A DNA stretch of 64,000 nucleotides, from positions 22,568,001 through 22,632,000 of the forward strand of contig CM060733.1 of assembly GCA_030704615.1 (NCBI GenBank), given 5' to 3'. The first letter of the stretch is position 1. Each line of letters opens with the position of its first letter. Below the pieces are notes generated by a model that did no database searches, was not told the origin of the DNA, and was given only the letters and a program-made list of their open reading frames with translations. A program made the translations under genes and the position numbers. This DNA comes from Takakia lepidozioides. Lineage: Eukaryota; Plantae; Bryophyta. Shown piece after piece: positions 37,101 through 48,900 of this stretch.

Positions 37101-40100
37101 CATTGTATCGCCATCCTGTTATGCACTGTCTGCAACTCCGTATGTAGTGCATTCAGTTCTTGCAACTTGCTTTCATGTTGCACCTGCATTTGGTATAGCT
37201 GTTGCTTATGTGCTTCGTGCAACTGGTCTTGCGCGAGGCCTGCCTCAATCAATTGTTCCTTGGCCAATTGCAAAGCCATTTCTGTATTTCCCAAGTCCTG
37301 CTTCATCTTGAGAGTGACCTCTTCATCGACCTTGTTTGCACACTCAGTGGCAAGTCGAGCCTCAAACTCCTTCCTGAGTTCCTCTTTCAAGGCTGTCAAT
37401 TGGGTAATTGGAACATGGGATTTGACATAAGTCCCCAACAAATTAAGTGTCCTGCCTATGGAACTCATCAGCATTGCCTGTTGAGGGTCATCATGGTGAG
37501 GTTGCTGCTGTTCCTCCTGATCTTCAACAGTGTGATGTCTCACTAACCATTCAGGCCATTGTCCCACCGGATTTTCTTCCTGAACTACTTCATCTATCAC
37601 CGGTGCTACAGTGTCATGACCTTCCGCCTGTGGTACCTCCGGCACAGGTGTGTGTATTATATGCACCTCAGGATTTCCCTTGGGCAACTGTTGCACCTCT
37701 GGAATTTCTGTCTCCTTGACCAGACCAGAATATTCATAGAGAAGGTCCCCCTTCTCTATTTCTGCCACTATCTGTTCTGTAGTTGGAATATCTAACCCTT
37801 CACTTTCCAAATCAATTATTTCTGGTTGAGCTGCATGGATAACTTGTGACCTTGTGACAAGTTGTTCAGGTGGCTGTGATGGTTGTGATGCAGAAGTAAC
37901 TTCCTCCTCCCTCTCTGAAGGTCCTGCTTCCAGTAATAGCATTTCTCTGTGCTGCTGTGCCCCTTCCTGGCCATGAGCTTGGGAAACATTATCATGCGGA
38001 ATCCGTGAAGCCAGTGGATCCGCCACTACAGTCTTTCCCCGTCTCTGCCTCTTAGTCTCGGGTTGCCCTGCTAGTCCACCCTCACTGTGTGAAGAGCCTT
38101 GCTCTTCCATTGCAGTTGTTTCTGGCTCAAACACTCCCATTTCCTTTCTTTCTTGCGCATTAAGTATGCCAGAATCAAAGATTATTTGAGCAATGATTGG
38201 GCCAGACACTATTATAGGAGACTTTGCGGTAGTACCTTGTAATCTTTTCATCTCCTCTACCAGTGCGTTGTACATTATGTCCGCCCATTGTACCTCTCGT
38301 CCCTTCAGGCCTTTGAGTATTTCCTCCGTGAAGGATATGCTCAAATACTGTTGGTTCTGTTTCATGGCAATCAGAACGTTCAATACCTGGCCTACCTCTT
38401 TTAACCCTGGGTACACAGCCTTGGTACAAGCATAACCTTGAGTTTTAAAGAAACTCCCTTCTTGGAATAAGTCCTCTATTTGCAGTCTTGCCCTGTGTTG
38501 CTCCACATGCACCTGACCTGCTGGCAATCGAAACAATTGCTGGAGGTATAGGGGAGTAATCATTAATTCAACTCCCTTCACCGTTGTTGTTCCTGTCCTT
38601 GGCTCAAAGTTCTGCAAAAATTGTAACATGTACTGTCTATGGTGTAGTGTCCAATCTAGGCTTTGCAATCCTTGCAATCTCAGCTCCTCCAGTATCTGTA
38701 TCGCCTGTGGGGTAGCAATCGTTTGTTTCTGCAGAATTGTGGTGCTCTTCACCCTGATTTCCTCCATTCCTCTCACTCTCTTCATTTTAGACTCACAGAA
38801 CTGTTTTGGCTGTAACAACTGCAGGAATGCCTGTAGTGCACAAAGCATAAACGTATGGTTGCCGCAGAAAGCTATGGGTAATTTCTTGTAAGCCTGCGGG
38901 GCTTGCAAGCATCGCCCAAGAGAAAAGCTCTGCTTTGTCCTTTCGTGTCTATGCCACTGCGTAAGTAATATTGCGAGCGTATAGTCTGTTAGTTCCTCCA
39001 TAGTTTCCAAGGTATAGCATTGATGGTCTGTCCTGTCGAGACGCCCGTTACTCAGAACGACGCCGCCTCTTGCGCTCAATTTCCCTCCATTTTCTTGATC
39101 CTTTCTCTGGTTTTCTATTGGCTGTATCCGCTGTGACTGGATTTTAGATTTTATCTTCTTTAGTGGACTTTCCCTGTTGGATAGTCCACTAGGATCACAC
39201 ATGTGACAAGAATTCCGCTTTTCTGTACTTGCCGTTCGTTCCGTTTCCCTTTTTCCGTACTCATTAATGGGCCCGCCTTTCATCCCTTTTGACGGCCGTT
39301 CTTGTCCTCTTTCTTTTTGACACCTGTCCTTGCACTTCATTCTCGGCTGTGTGTCGCGCCCTGACCTCCACGTGTCTATTTTTAAAATAATTTCCGTTTC
39401 CTCTTCCGTCAGCCATTTTCCTGAAGTTATTATGCGTCCACTTGTCACTGATTCATTGGATCGTGTAACTTTAGTAGGCTGTGTTGAGCTGTGACAGGCT
39501 GTGTCATACCGTGTTACGCTGTGATAGGCTGTGATGCACTGTGGTAAGCTGTGATAGGCTGTGACACGCTGTGGTAGGTTGTGATAGGCTGTGTCACGTT
39601 GTGATAGGCTGTGATAGGCTGTGTCACGTCGTGATGGGCTGTGATAGGCTGTGTCACGTCGTGATGGGCTGTGATAGGCTGTGTCACGTCGTGATGGGCT
39701 GTGATAGGCTGTGTTGCGCCGTGCTGGGCTGTGATAGGCTGTGTCACGTTGTGATGGGCTGTGATAGGCTGTGTCACGTCGTGATGGGCTGTGATAGGCT
39801 GTGTTGCGCCGTGCTGGGCTGTGATAGGATGTGTCACGTTTGTTTTGCCCACCCTGGTCATATATGCTGGGCCTAGCGACAAGTGTTCCATACTCCGTTC
39901 GTAACACTGGTGCAGCCCGTGACTGCTCTTGCGGTTCAACATGCAAATCATGCTGCAGGGGTTTGTCATGGGTACCACTGTACCCCTTCAACTTATTTGC
40001 ATTGACTCTTCCCAGCATTTCTTTGTTAATGGTTTGTAACATGGCGGTGTTGTTATCATACATCTTTTGTATGACATAAGGTCCTTTCCACGGTGATTTA

Positions 40101-41692
40101 AGCTTAGAAGCTTGAATCTTTCCTTTCTTCTGCAACCATAGAACCAAATCCCCCGTCTTAAAAGTCTTTAACTTGCCTTCATCAAACTGTTCCATTCGCT
40201 TCATCTGAATTCTGGTCATATTATCAGCTGCATCAGCACGTACTTCTTCCACATGGTATAATTCATGTTTCCTGACCTTGATGGAGTCTTGCAATTCCAT
40301 TCTTTTTCCCCACTCCGTTCTCATGGTAGGTAACAGGAATTCCACTGGAAGTAAGGCTTCCATACCATAAACTAATTGGAATGGTGTATACTTAGTGGTG
40401 ACTTTATATGAAGTCCTGTATGACCACAAAGCTGTCAGCAGCTTTGTATCCCAATCCGTTCTGTTTGCATTGACTATCTTAGCCAAGATAGTACATAGTA
40501 TTTTGTTGGTAGCCTCTGTGGCATACTTCTTCAAGATTTCTTCCAATTTTTTTTCATAGTTATCCCTCTTCAACTTCTCCTTTCTCTTACTCTTTCTTTT
40601 TAGTTCTTGCTCTTCTTCTTCATCTGACTCATCCTCAGAGTCCTCATCTTCTTTTTTCTCTCTCCTGAGCATTCCCAATTGCTCAATTCTGTTCGCAGTT
40701 TCAAATGCCTCCTCCACTGTATTATGGGGTAACATATCCACTTTCTTTTGCAATTCTGGTCTTAGTCCACTCACAAACCAAGTCTTCTGTAAACCGGGTG
40801 CTGATACTGCAACCAGCTTTTTCATCATCAATTCCATCTTCTCCATATACTCTTCAACAGTTTCATGCTTCTTCTGCTTCAGCTGTTGTAAACTTCCATA
40901 CACTTCATCCTCAGTTTTACTTGTCCTGAACCTATTTCGAAATGCTGTATTCAAGCCATTCCAGGTTAGGAAATGATTATCAGGGAATCTTGCATACCAT
41001 TCACTTGCTTTCTTGATAAGTGAACAAGGAAACAGTCTCATCTTGGCATCATCGCCATTCTCATTGTTCACTATACACATGTGCTCAAATTGGTTAATGT
41101 GTACATCGGGATCCCCTTTTCTTGAATATATTGGAAAGGGTGGTTTTGCCCGTGTTGGTTGTAATGCCATCTGTGGCCATACCTTCTGCCCACTGACAGG
41201 TGCTGGCACCCTTGCTGGTGCTGGTCCTTCTGGACCTGTTGTTTTTGTGGTGGATCTTCCACCAAGTGGTGGCCCTTGAGCACTCCTTGCTTCTGGCCCC
41301 ACGATATTCACAGTATTCCCAGCTTCAGTTGCACTACTTCCCACACTCCCTGTCCCCCCAGAGCCAGATCCAGGCAGCCCGCCTGATCCCCCTGAGCCGA
41401 CACCTTCGTTGGCCTGTGATCCAAGTGCTCCACTTGATCCAGGTCCAACGGGTTGGGATGTCCTGGTTGTAGTCTCAACCTCAGCTGTTGGGTCTACTTC
41501 TTCATATTCTTCCTCTTCTAATTTCTTCTCTCTGTTTTCATCCTCCAAGTTCTGCCCTTGGGTTTCTTCTTCACTCATGTAACTCAACTGTAATGGTGTT
41601 GGAGAGTCTGAACTCTCCGTTGGCTCTGCCACATCCTCTTCTCCTTCTTCACCTTCTGCTTCAGAAACTGGAGTTCCTGCTTTTGGTGTTCC
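34191..41692 (-). mobile_element. Family A copy 2: 3' LTR (34191-35192), PPT, extra ORF, INT C-terminus, gag N-terminus; internal ~4-kb deletion; 5' end lost
   Basis: Reverse-complement homology to copy 1. Junction KKYATE|ATNKIL at ~40515. Confidence 0.95.
37010..41692 (-). CDS. In-frame fusion ORF: gag N-term, integrase C-term, TAYHSPSRRD repeats, linker and extra ORF (~1,560 aa)
   Basis: ORF track 37010-41761 is stop-free. The first ~23 codons derive from the adjacent chromovirus. Confidence 0.8.
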   Translation of the reverse strand, partial: GTPKAGTPVSEAEGEEGEEDVAEPTESSDSPTPLQLSYMSEEETQGQNLEDENREKKLEEEEYEEVDPTAEVETTTRTSQPVGPGSSGALGSQANEGVGSGGSGGLPGSGSGGTGSVGSSATEAGNTVNIVGPEARSAQGPPLGGRSTTKTTGPEGPAPARVPAPVSGQKVWPQMALQPTRAKPPFPIYSRKGDPDVHINQFEHMCIVNNENGDDAKMRLFPCSLIKKASEWYARFPDNHFLTWNGLNTAFRNRFRTSKTEDEVYGSLQQLKQKKHETVEEYMEKMELMMKKLVAVSAPGLQKTWFVSGLRPELQKKVDMLPHNTVEEAFETANRIEQLGMLRREKKEDEDSEDESDEEEEQELKRKSKRKEKLKRDNYEKKLEEILKKYATEATNKILCTILAKIVNANRTDWDTKLLTALWSYRTSYKVTTKYTPFQLVYGMEALLPVEFLLPTMRTEWGKRMELQDSIKVRKHELYHVEEVRADAADNMTRIQMKRMEQFDEGKLKTFKTGDLVLWLQKKGKIQASKLKSPWKGPYVIQKMYDNNTAMLQTINKEMLGRVNANKLKGYSGTHDKPLQHDLHVEPQEQSRAAPVLRTEYGTLVARPSIYDQGGQNKRDTSYHSPARRNTAYHSPSRRDTAYHSPSQRDTAYHSPARRNTAYHSPSRRDTAYHSPSRRDTAYHSPSRRDTAYHSLSQRDTAYHNLPQRVTAYHSLPQCITAYHSVTRYDTACHSSTQPTKVTRSNESVTSGRIITSGKWLTEEETEIILKIDTWRSGRDTQPRMKCKDRCQKERGQERPSKGMKGGPINEYGKRETERTASTEKRNSCHMCDPSGLSNRESPLKKIKSKIQSQRIQPIENQRKDQENGGKLSARGGVVLSNGRLDRTDHQCYTLETMEELTDYTLAILLTQWHRHERTKQSFSLGRCLQAPQAYKKLPIAFCGNHTFMLCALQAFLQLLQPKQFCESKMKRVRGMEEIRVKSTTILQKQTIATPQAIQILEELRLQGLQSLDWTLHHRQYMLQFLQNFEPRTGTTTVKGVELMITPLYLQQLFRLPAGQVHVEQHRARLQIEDLFQEGSFFKTQGYACTKAVYPGLKEVGQVLNVLIAMKQNQQYLSISFTEEILKGLKGREVQWADIMYNALVEEMKRLQGTTAKSPIIVSGPIIAQIIFDSGILNAQERKEMGVFEPETTAMEEQGSSHSEGGLAGQPETKRQRRGKTVVADPLASRIPHDNVSQAHGQEGAQQHREMLLLEAGPSEREEEVTSASQPSQPPEQLVTRSQVIHAAQPEIIDLESEGLDIPTTEQIVAEIEKGDLLYEYSGLVKETEIPEVQQLPKGNPEVHIIHTPVPEVPQAEGHDTVAPVIDEVVQEENPVGQWPEWLVRHHTVEDQEEQQQPHHDDPQQAMLMSSIGRTLNLLGTYVKSHVPITQLTALKEELRKEFEARLATECANKVDEEVTLKMKQDLGNTEMALQLAKEQLIEAGLAQDQLHEAHKQQLYQMQVQHESKLQELNALHTELQTVHNRMAIQCATFTTMLDQSTKRNKQSSGKMYEGRRREC

Positions 41693-42516
41693 GCGCTTTG
41701 GAAGAAAATGGGGACGAGGCTGAAGATGAGGACCGCCTTCCGACCTACGACCGACGGCCAAACAGAAAGAGTGAATTCCGTAGTGAAGCAGATCTTACGG
41801 AATTACGTGTCGGCAGACCAAACAGACTGGGTGGAACACTTAGACGCGGCAGAGTTCTATTATAATAACACAGAACACTCCGCAACGGGAGTTTCCCCTT
41901 TCGTATTGGTCTATGGAAAAGCATTTCTGGTGCCGACAAGTTGGGCCGCCCAGGATGTTGAGGAACCGGCAGTAGCGGCGGTACTGGAAGAACGCGAGCG
42001 TTTGTTGAAGCTCGCAAATTACAACATTGCCAAAGCTAGGAAACGGTATGAAAGGCAGGCGAATCGGAAGCGGAGGGAAGTGAAGTTTGAGGCAGGCACG
42101 GAGGTCTGGTTGAACATCAAGAATTTCCGACTACCTCCGGAAGTGAGTCCAAAGTTTGTACCTCCATATACGGGACCATTTCGCATCCGGAAGGTTATAA
42201 ATGAGGATGTGTATGAATTGGAGCTGCCGGCAAACAACAAGGTGCATCCAGTATTCCACGTCTCCTTTTTGAAGCCTTACTTCAAAGATGAAGCGCGTCC
42301 GAATGGGCATCAAGTGTTGCGTCCGCCACCTGTGCTGTTGGATCATGAAAATGAACCTGAGTACTTAAGTCGAGGAGGTTCAAGAACCGAGAAACGGAGT
42401 ATCTCGTCAAATGGAAGGGCTATCATCATGTGGAGACATCTTGGGTGCGTGCCTCAGAAATGGGAAACGCATCCGAGGCGGTTGCAGTTTTCGAAGGGCG
42501 ACCTCAAAAGCGTTGA
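41693..42516 (+). pseudogene. Chromovirus (Ty3/Gypsy) integrase C-terminus with chromodomain
   Basis: TDGQTERVN, YTGPFRI, HPVFHVSFLKPY. After a frameshift at ~42365: EYLVKWKGYHHVETSWVRASEMGNASEAVAVF. Confidence 0.9.
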
Positions 42517-42550
42517 TGGGGACATCAACCTTGGAGCGTGGGGGAGGAAA

Positions 42551-44132
42551 TGCATGCTTAGCCCGGCTTAGCTAGCTTAGGAATCCAATTGCAAAAACTT
42601 GTGTTGTACAAAAATTTGTTATAAAGGAAATGGGTTCCAAATATTGTGCGTCCTATTTTGTTTGGAATGGTGATGCATGGTGTGGTTGGCTAGTGTGTAG
42701 AATGCATGCTAGCTTACAAAAGTGGGAGAGGTAAATTGGGTTAATCGTGTGTTTGCGCAGTACCGAAATCGGGTGACTTCCATCCAAAGGGGCAAGGAGA
42801 CTTGCGCCTTCTTTAGGAGTTCACATGCTAGTGCGCATACTATAACTGCGCTACCGAGGGGGTTGCTTTGTAGTGCGGGCTAACGCGGAAGCTACGTGCT
42901 TCTGTTCACGTACTATAATCGTGTAGCCTCGGGACGAAGTCGTAGTGCGGCTTCGGCGTGTTCCCGTACCTCAGGCCAACATTCCAAGGCGGACCCAATT
43001 GTAGTGATTGGGGCGCGCGGTTGGTTTAAGGTTATCTTCCTAGTCAAAGAGGGTTCGAGGTGAACCCTTGCTCAAGGTGATGCCAAAAGCGGCATCATGA
43101 GCGGTCGCAAGCAATGTTGTTGCAGTAAGGCGATTCGATCCTCGGGGAGGATCGTTCCTTGGCCTTGAAGTAGGCCAAGAAGAGTGCACTGGGAGGAGCT
43201 TGAGAGGCTCCACCCTTGGCCGGGACTTGGAGGAAGTCGGCCGAACTAGCTAGTGGAGAGTAGAGTCAAGTGTGGGGTTTGGTTCTTTGCCATGGGACGC
43301 CATGGTACGGAAACAAACTCCTTGATGTGGGACGCCACAACTTGGATGTTCGTTTCCACAAAATGTACAAGCCGATGAGGACATTGACTCCCTGTTGGTA
43401 GGGGTGTGTGTCGCAGCCCTTTGCCTTGAGGGCTGGGGGTCGGGACACAAGAGGGGCTGCCCCTGTGGTGGGGGCAGTGGCAGCGATAGGTATGGGGGGC
43501 TGAAGCACCCTTGAGTGCCCAAAGCACTCAAGGAGGCGGAGGCGCTCACTAGGTGGAGCCCCGCACACCGGGTTGCGGTGGGGGTGGCTCCACAAGGGGT
43601 GGTGGTAGCTTAGCGGGACTTAGTGGGGGTGGGTAGGACTCACCCTGGGGCGGAGACCTCATGGTGGGAGTCGTGGGGAGTCTTGGGACTCATCACGGTC
43701 CATAGGGGCCGTGGTGAGTGGGCCAAGACTCATCGCGACTCGTCACTGGGAGTCGAGGGTGTTCGTGGTGGTTCGCCATAAAATGGCATGGTTGTTTGTG
43801 AAATCCCCGCGGACAGCTACAAAAGTATATATAGGGAGTAGTAACCCCGAGAACGGTGCAAGCCCATTGGTGACCAAAAGCTAGTGAGTAAGCGAGCGAG
43901 CCGGAAAGCGACCAAAGAGTGGGGAGCTGTTCCGGACTGCCAACTACCAAAGGGAATTCCGCTGGTTCTAAATCGTTGGAGGGTTCTTTGGGAGATCAAG
44001 GGGGGGCCGTTATGTCCCGGTGAGCAGCCGAAGCTCCAAGTTGGCCCGGCGGCCAGGTTGGGAGTTAGGCGCGCGCATCAAGCGAGTAACTATGACTTGA
44101 GGGGGGAGCTTACCGAAGTGAAGTGCGCGACA
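42551..44132 (+). repeat. Probable 3' LTR of the chromovirus (~1.58 kb)
   Basis: Follows the PPT GGGGGAGGAAA, starts TG, and ends GCGCGACA exactly where the family B transposase-like ORF is interrupted. No partner LTR in the window. Confidence 0.65.
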
Positions 44133-44620
44133 AAACTGCTTGGCATTACAAACAGACATGCAATGTGGTGATTCTTTGCAATGCGCACACTTACATGTGG
44201 AGTTTGGAACCTTCTCCTGAGCTCGAAATGGTTGATGAGCTGTGCCTGTCCAATCCGTCTCGTTCTTGTGACCTTTGGATTTTAAGTGGAAGCAAGTTGG
44301 GGAGAAACACCGCAACGCGCCCGCACAAACAACGTAACGCACCCGCACACCATCGAGCATCTTCATGCTGGTGGTTTTGGTGACGCACCAAGGATGGCCG
44401 TCATGTTTCCTATCCATATCTGTCAACATTCCGGACGCCCTCGAATAGTCCGTTTGAGGAGGGAACTCAAAGAACATATTACCGTCGACGTCTGCGGGAA
44501 GGCATGTAACGGATTTAATGGCGAACTTGTTGTAGTCCAGCCCAGCCAGCTCCGAGCGGTGTCCCTCCATGTGAAGCCCTCGTAGAATTTCAAGAATGGA
44601 TCAAACTGCTGTGTTCGTGC
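44133..44620 (-). pseudogene. N-terminal Cys-rich GCM/WRKY-like domain of a putative MULE-like transposase, truncated by the LTR
   Basis: MDRKHDGHPWCVTKTTS...VVCAGALRCFSPTC...KNETDWTG...CAHCKESPHCMSVCNAK. The DDE core is not in the window. Confidence 0.5.
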
Positions 44621-44809
44621 TGGGAATATGACTCCCTCGTCCGCTGATGTCCATTAAGGACTTGCCTGATCTCCAGGATGATCTCGGAACTTCCATGATC
44701 TCGTCGGAGTCAGACAGGTTGTGAACAACCCGGTTCTCGCTCGTCTTCATTGATGGGTTTGGCTCTGGATTTACTTCGTTGCGCCGACACCTGGCTGATT
44801 AAGATCATC

Positions 44810-45690
44810 CCCCGGATGGAAAAACGGTGCCAAATTTCCATCGGAGGCCGGCCGGATGAAGTCGTTTTGGGGGGAGAGGCTGACACCTGCTCGACAGAGA
44901 ATATCCCTCGGATGGAAAAACGGCGCCGAATTTCCATCCGAGGCCTGTTGGATAAAGTCGTCTCGGGGGGAGAGGCCGAAACCTGGCCGACTCAGATCAT
45001 CCCCCGGATGGAAAAACGGCGCCGAATTTCCATCCGAGGCCAGTAAGATGAAGCCCGTATCGGCACTTCTTCAACAATTTATAGTCGTTGCATCAAGTTT
45101 TTCGCGTTTTTTTGTATGGCTACACACTAAACTTGGAGTTTTTTGCCTACATGCCACATTTCGCACGTTATTCCCACCATTCTGGTCCGCTAAAGACAAA
45201 TTCGTTGCCGGTTTTCCATCGATGAGGTGGACCGAATTACCTGCAGGATGGAAATTCGGCGCCGGATTTCCATCCGCCCGCGCTCCGACTTACCTGGCGG
45301 TTGGAAATTCGGCGCCGGATTTCCATCCATCCGCGCTCCGAGTTACCTGCAGGATGGAAATTCCGCCGGATTTCCATCCGCCCGCGCTCCGAGTTACCTG
45401 CAGGATGGAAATTCGGCGCCGGATTTCCATCCGCCCGCGCTCCGACTTACCTGCAGGATGGAAATTCGGCGCCGGATTTCCATCCGTCCGCGCTCCGAAT
45501 TACCTGCAGGATGGAAATTCGGCGCCGGATTTCCGTCCGGCGCCCCTCTGACTTACCTGGCGGATGGAAATTTAGCGCCGGATTTCCATCCAGCGTCTTC
45601 TGGATGAGAACTGCTTGGGCGGAGGGAGGGCCTCGTTGCGTCATACTTCATCCGCTGGATGGAAATTCGGCGCCAATTTTTTCCATCTAG
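44810..45690. repeat. Palindrome array (~60-bp units; GGATGGAAATTCGGCGCCGGATTTCCATCC) between the two divergent family B genes
   Basis: About a dozen copies by inspection. Confidence 0.92.
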
Positions 45691-45933
45691 CGGGCGATTG
45701 ACGAAGTCTCGGGGGGATATTCCGTGGGCGCCTGTGACCGACCTCCATACATTAATGGCGCAGTTGGGCATTAAATGTCCTCCGCCATCGGTTTTGAACC
45801 GGGCTGGCGACACAGGGATTCCGCGGTTGCTTCCCGGATAGGCCTTGGAAACCTGATGCTAAACTTGGATGAACTTCTATTCGAGGCATGTATGCACACA
45901 TTTGGCGAGATCTTTTTTCCTTTGTTGGGGCTT

Positions 45934-48900
45934 ATGCCGCGTGGAGAAGGGCGTGGCTCTCCTGAGAGAGACCCCACATCCAGACCGCGGCGAAAGCTGA
46001 AGGCTTTGTACTACGGGCGACGTCCAACCTCTCGCATGGCCAAACTTAAGCTCCAGCAGGAGATTCCATTGTCTTGCTCACAACCCGTGCCAACTGAAGC
46101 CGAGCACTCTCAGGCAAGCCACTTCCTCTTTCGCTTTGTGTAACACGTGCGGTTTTCTTCGTTTTTTGGTTTGTTTTCGCATCTTCAGCTTGGCAGCCCT
46201 GGAAGCGCATGGTTGCATCGCAAAAGCAGGAGTTGTTGAGAAGAATGATCAAGGTCAGAGTGGTTAGAAAGGAGCCAAGTCGATGATGCATTCAGATTTG
46301 CAACAGGGTGCACACCTCGTTGTAGATAACAGGTTGCATCTCGGAATTAAGGAAATCCATGCTGAGCTGAGAAGATTGTCTGAGCAGATGAAGTGCCTTC
46401 AAAACATTTCACCCTGTTTTCCCGTCTTATGGAATTCGTGTTCATTTGTTCATCGTGTTTCATGTTACTGGTTGAGTGAACCTTAGATAGTTTGCAATGC
46501 GATGGTGGATTTCATTCCGATGTTGGTTCTCACGATTTTTGGGGATGACAGAGTGACGACGAGCCCGACACGCTGGTGGTATCATCGACAGCTCCAACTG
46601 CTCGAGCAGTCACTCCAAAAGCCGCTACTCATCGCATGTTTGGATCGCCCAACTTGGGGCGGGAGGGCAAACTAAAACCTTTTGTTGGTGGACGGGAGGA
46701 CCTGCAGCGAGAGTACGACAGAATAGGCATTGGGGAGGTTGGTGCAGGCGGCATGGCAGGTGAAGGGCATCGGATGAGGACAACAGATCCGGCAATGGAG
46801 GATGTTGATGTACATGCAGTAGGGCCCGCCCACGCAAAAAAGAAGAAGAAAGCCAAGCACATGCAATCCCCGGCGAGAGAGCCGTCACGGGCTGCGGAGG
46901 GGGGAGTGAGCAAGGCGCGCGAGGGTGTCAGTTCGCCTCAATCAAAGGTGGTCATCCTGGAGGGCTCCCCTGCTGTTACCCCTAGTAAGAAACAGAAAGC
47001 CCGTGAGAGGGCAAAAGAGAGGGCAAAAGAACAGGCGAGACAGAAGGCTAGCCAGGAGGAAAGAGAAAAGGCCACTGAAGAGGCCAGGGGTGTCGAAATG
47101 ACAGATGCCCATGTAAGCGAGGGACGCACAGAGACGGTGGATCCCTCCAAGACACCACAAAGAGGCAGTAACACACCGGTTACACCATCGTAGGCAGGAG
47201 CAGCCCCCGCAATTACCCATATGGTGGAGACTGGAGGAGGGGAAAGAACACCACAAAGAGCACGGATTGTGCAAGTTCGAGGTGAAGCCGGGGAGATGGC
47301 AGTAGAGACGGGGAGAGTGCTCGAGGTGGTTCCGGCAGTGGTTGACCAAGTTGAGGACGACGAGAGGGAGCTTTCAGACCAAAATGACATCCTCCCGGAC
47401 ATCCCCAGGCCCCAAACCCGGAGCATACAGGCTGGATTTGGCGGTCCGGGTGGGCTGCCGGAGAACCCCCCTGCAACAGACGTCATGTCGGAGGCGGATA
47501 TGAAGTTGGCCGCTGCCAAGATGTTGGAGGCAACCCACAGCAACATTAGCAGGGTCCTGGGGGGCATGGTGTACCCGGCCAAGCTTCAGATTCCCCTTTG
47601 CCGCTTGGTTTCATTGCAGGTGGTCAGACTTGCCCTCCCAGGCGATATCGACAAGCTGAAATTCTCTTTCCGGGAGGGATATCAAATGGGGTCTGCCGCG
47701 TTTTACGTTTCCATGGAGAACGACCACGGAGCTTCTCGTGCCCACACTTCCGATGAGGTGGACAAATGGGGTCCCCATTGGAAAGGCGAAATGAGGAGTT
47801 CGAGAGATTGATTGCTACTGATCCTCTTTTCCAGCACTTGTCCGGAAAGATGTTTTACGTGTGGGACGACAATCATCGCCTCCTGGCATGGATGGAGTAC
47901 ATAGCCCAAGCCCACCCCAACGACCTGGATTGGCATTTCGCCGTGGAGTGTGTTGTGCTCAAGGTTGCGGGGCCCAAAGATCGTAGTCTTCTCAAAGCGG
48001 CAATGGCAGACATCAACTCGTAAGTTACAATGCTTCTTGCTTTGGAACTTTGAATTTGAAACAGACATTTCATTGTCAATCGTCATATTTGTTGCAAATT
48101 CTCATTTCTGTATTGTTTAATGGAAATGTGGCATTGTAGGGTGACTGAGAATGCCTTCATTGCCACCAACTTGTCCCATATGGTCTTCCGAGTGAAGGAT
48201 GTCGGGAAGCAGGGGGTGCAAGAGTTTGCCAATTCGCTCAGTGCCGACCTCCTGCGCAAGTCGGAGGCAAAGGCAGACAGAACCTGGTATAGGCTGAGCA
48301 TGGACGCCATGGTGGATTACATATTTCGGATAAAGCTCCTCACTGTTTTGTTGAGCTAATCTGTCTCTCCTCCCCCAATAGAAGAAATTGTGTTGAGCAG
48401 GATCTGTAATCTTATGTGCGCATTCTTGACAGACAAAAATTCAGCAGGATTTGGCACATGCGCGGAGGTTCTACATGGAGTCAGAGGAGAAGAAACTAAC
48501 CCTCCCGGCACTGGAATCGTATCTCAAAGCTGCGGAGGCGAAGGCCCGCATCAAGTACAAGTCGCGGATGGTAAAGTACGTGGTCATAGCTAATCCCGCC
48601 CTTGGTGCCGATTTTCTGGTGGAGGTGGGGAAGCACTACTCCCGCGCTCTGAAGCCCACTTTGACATTGGAGAAGCTGCATCGTCTAGCCACATCATGTG
48701 TGGATGCAACAGAAAAGGTTATACATTCTTAACCAAATTGTCGTGGGAGCAATTCGTTTTGTGGTGTTTGGCGCTTACTAATATGCTGGGTGGTTGGACA
48801 GACCCGGTGGCTCCAAATCTGGAATGGTTCCCAAAGTACAAGGGATATGTGGAGCTTCCCCAAACCCGACAAACTGTCCGACCCCACATTCGACATGTGG

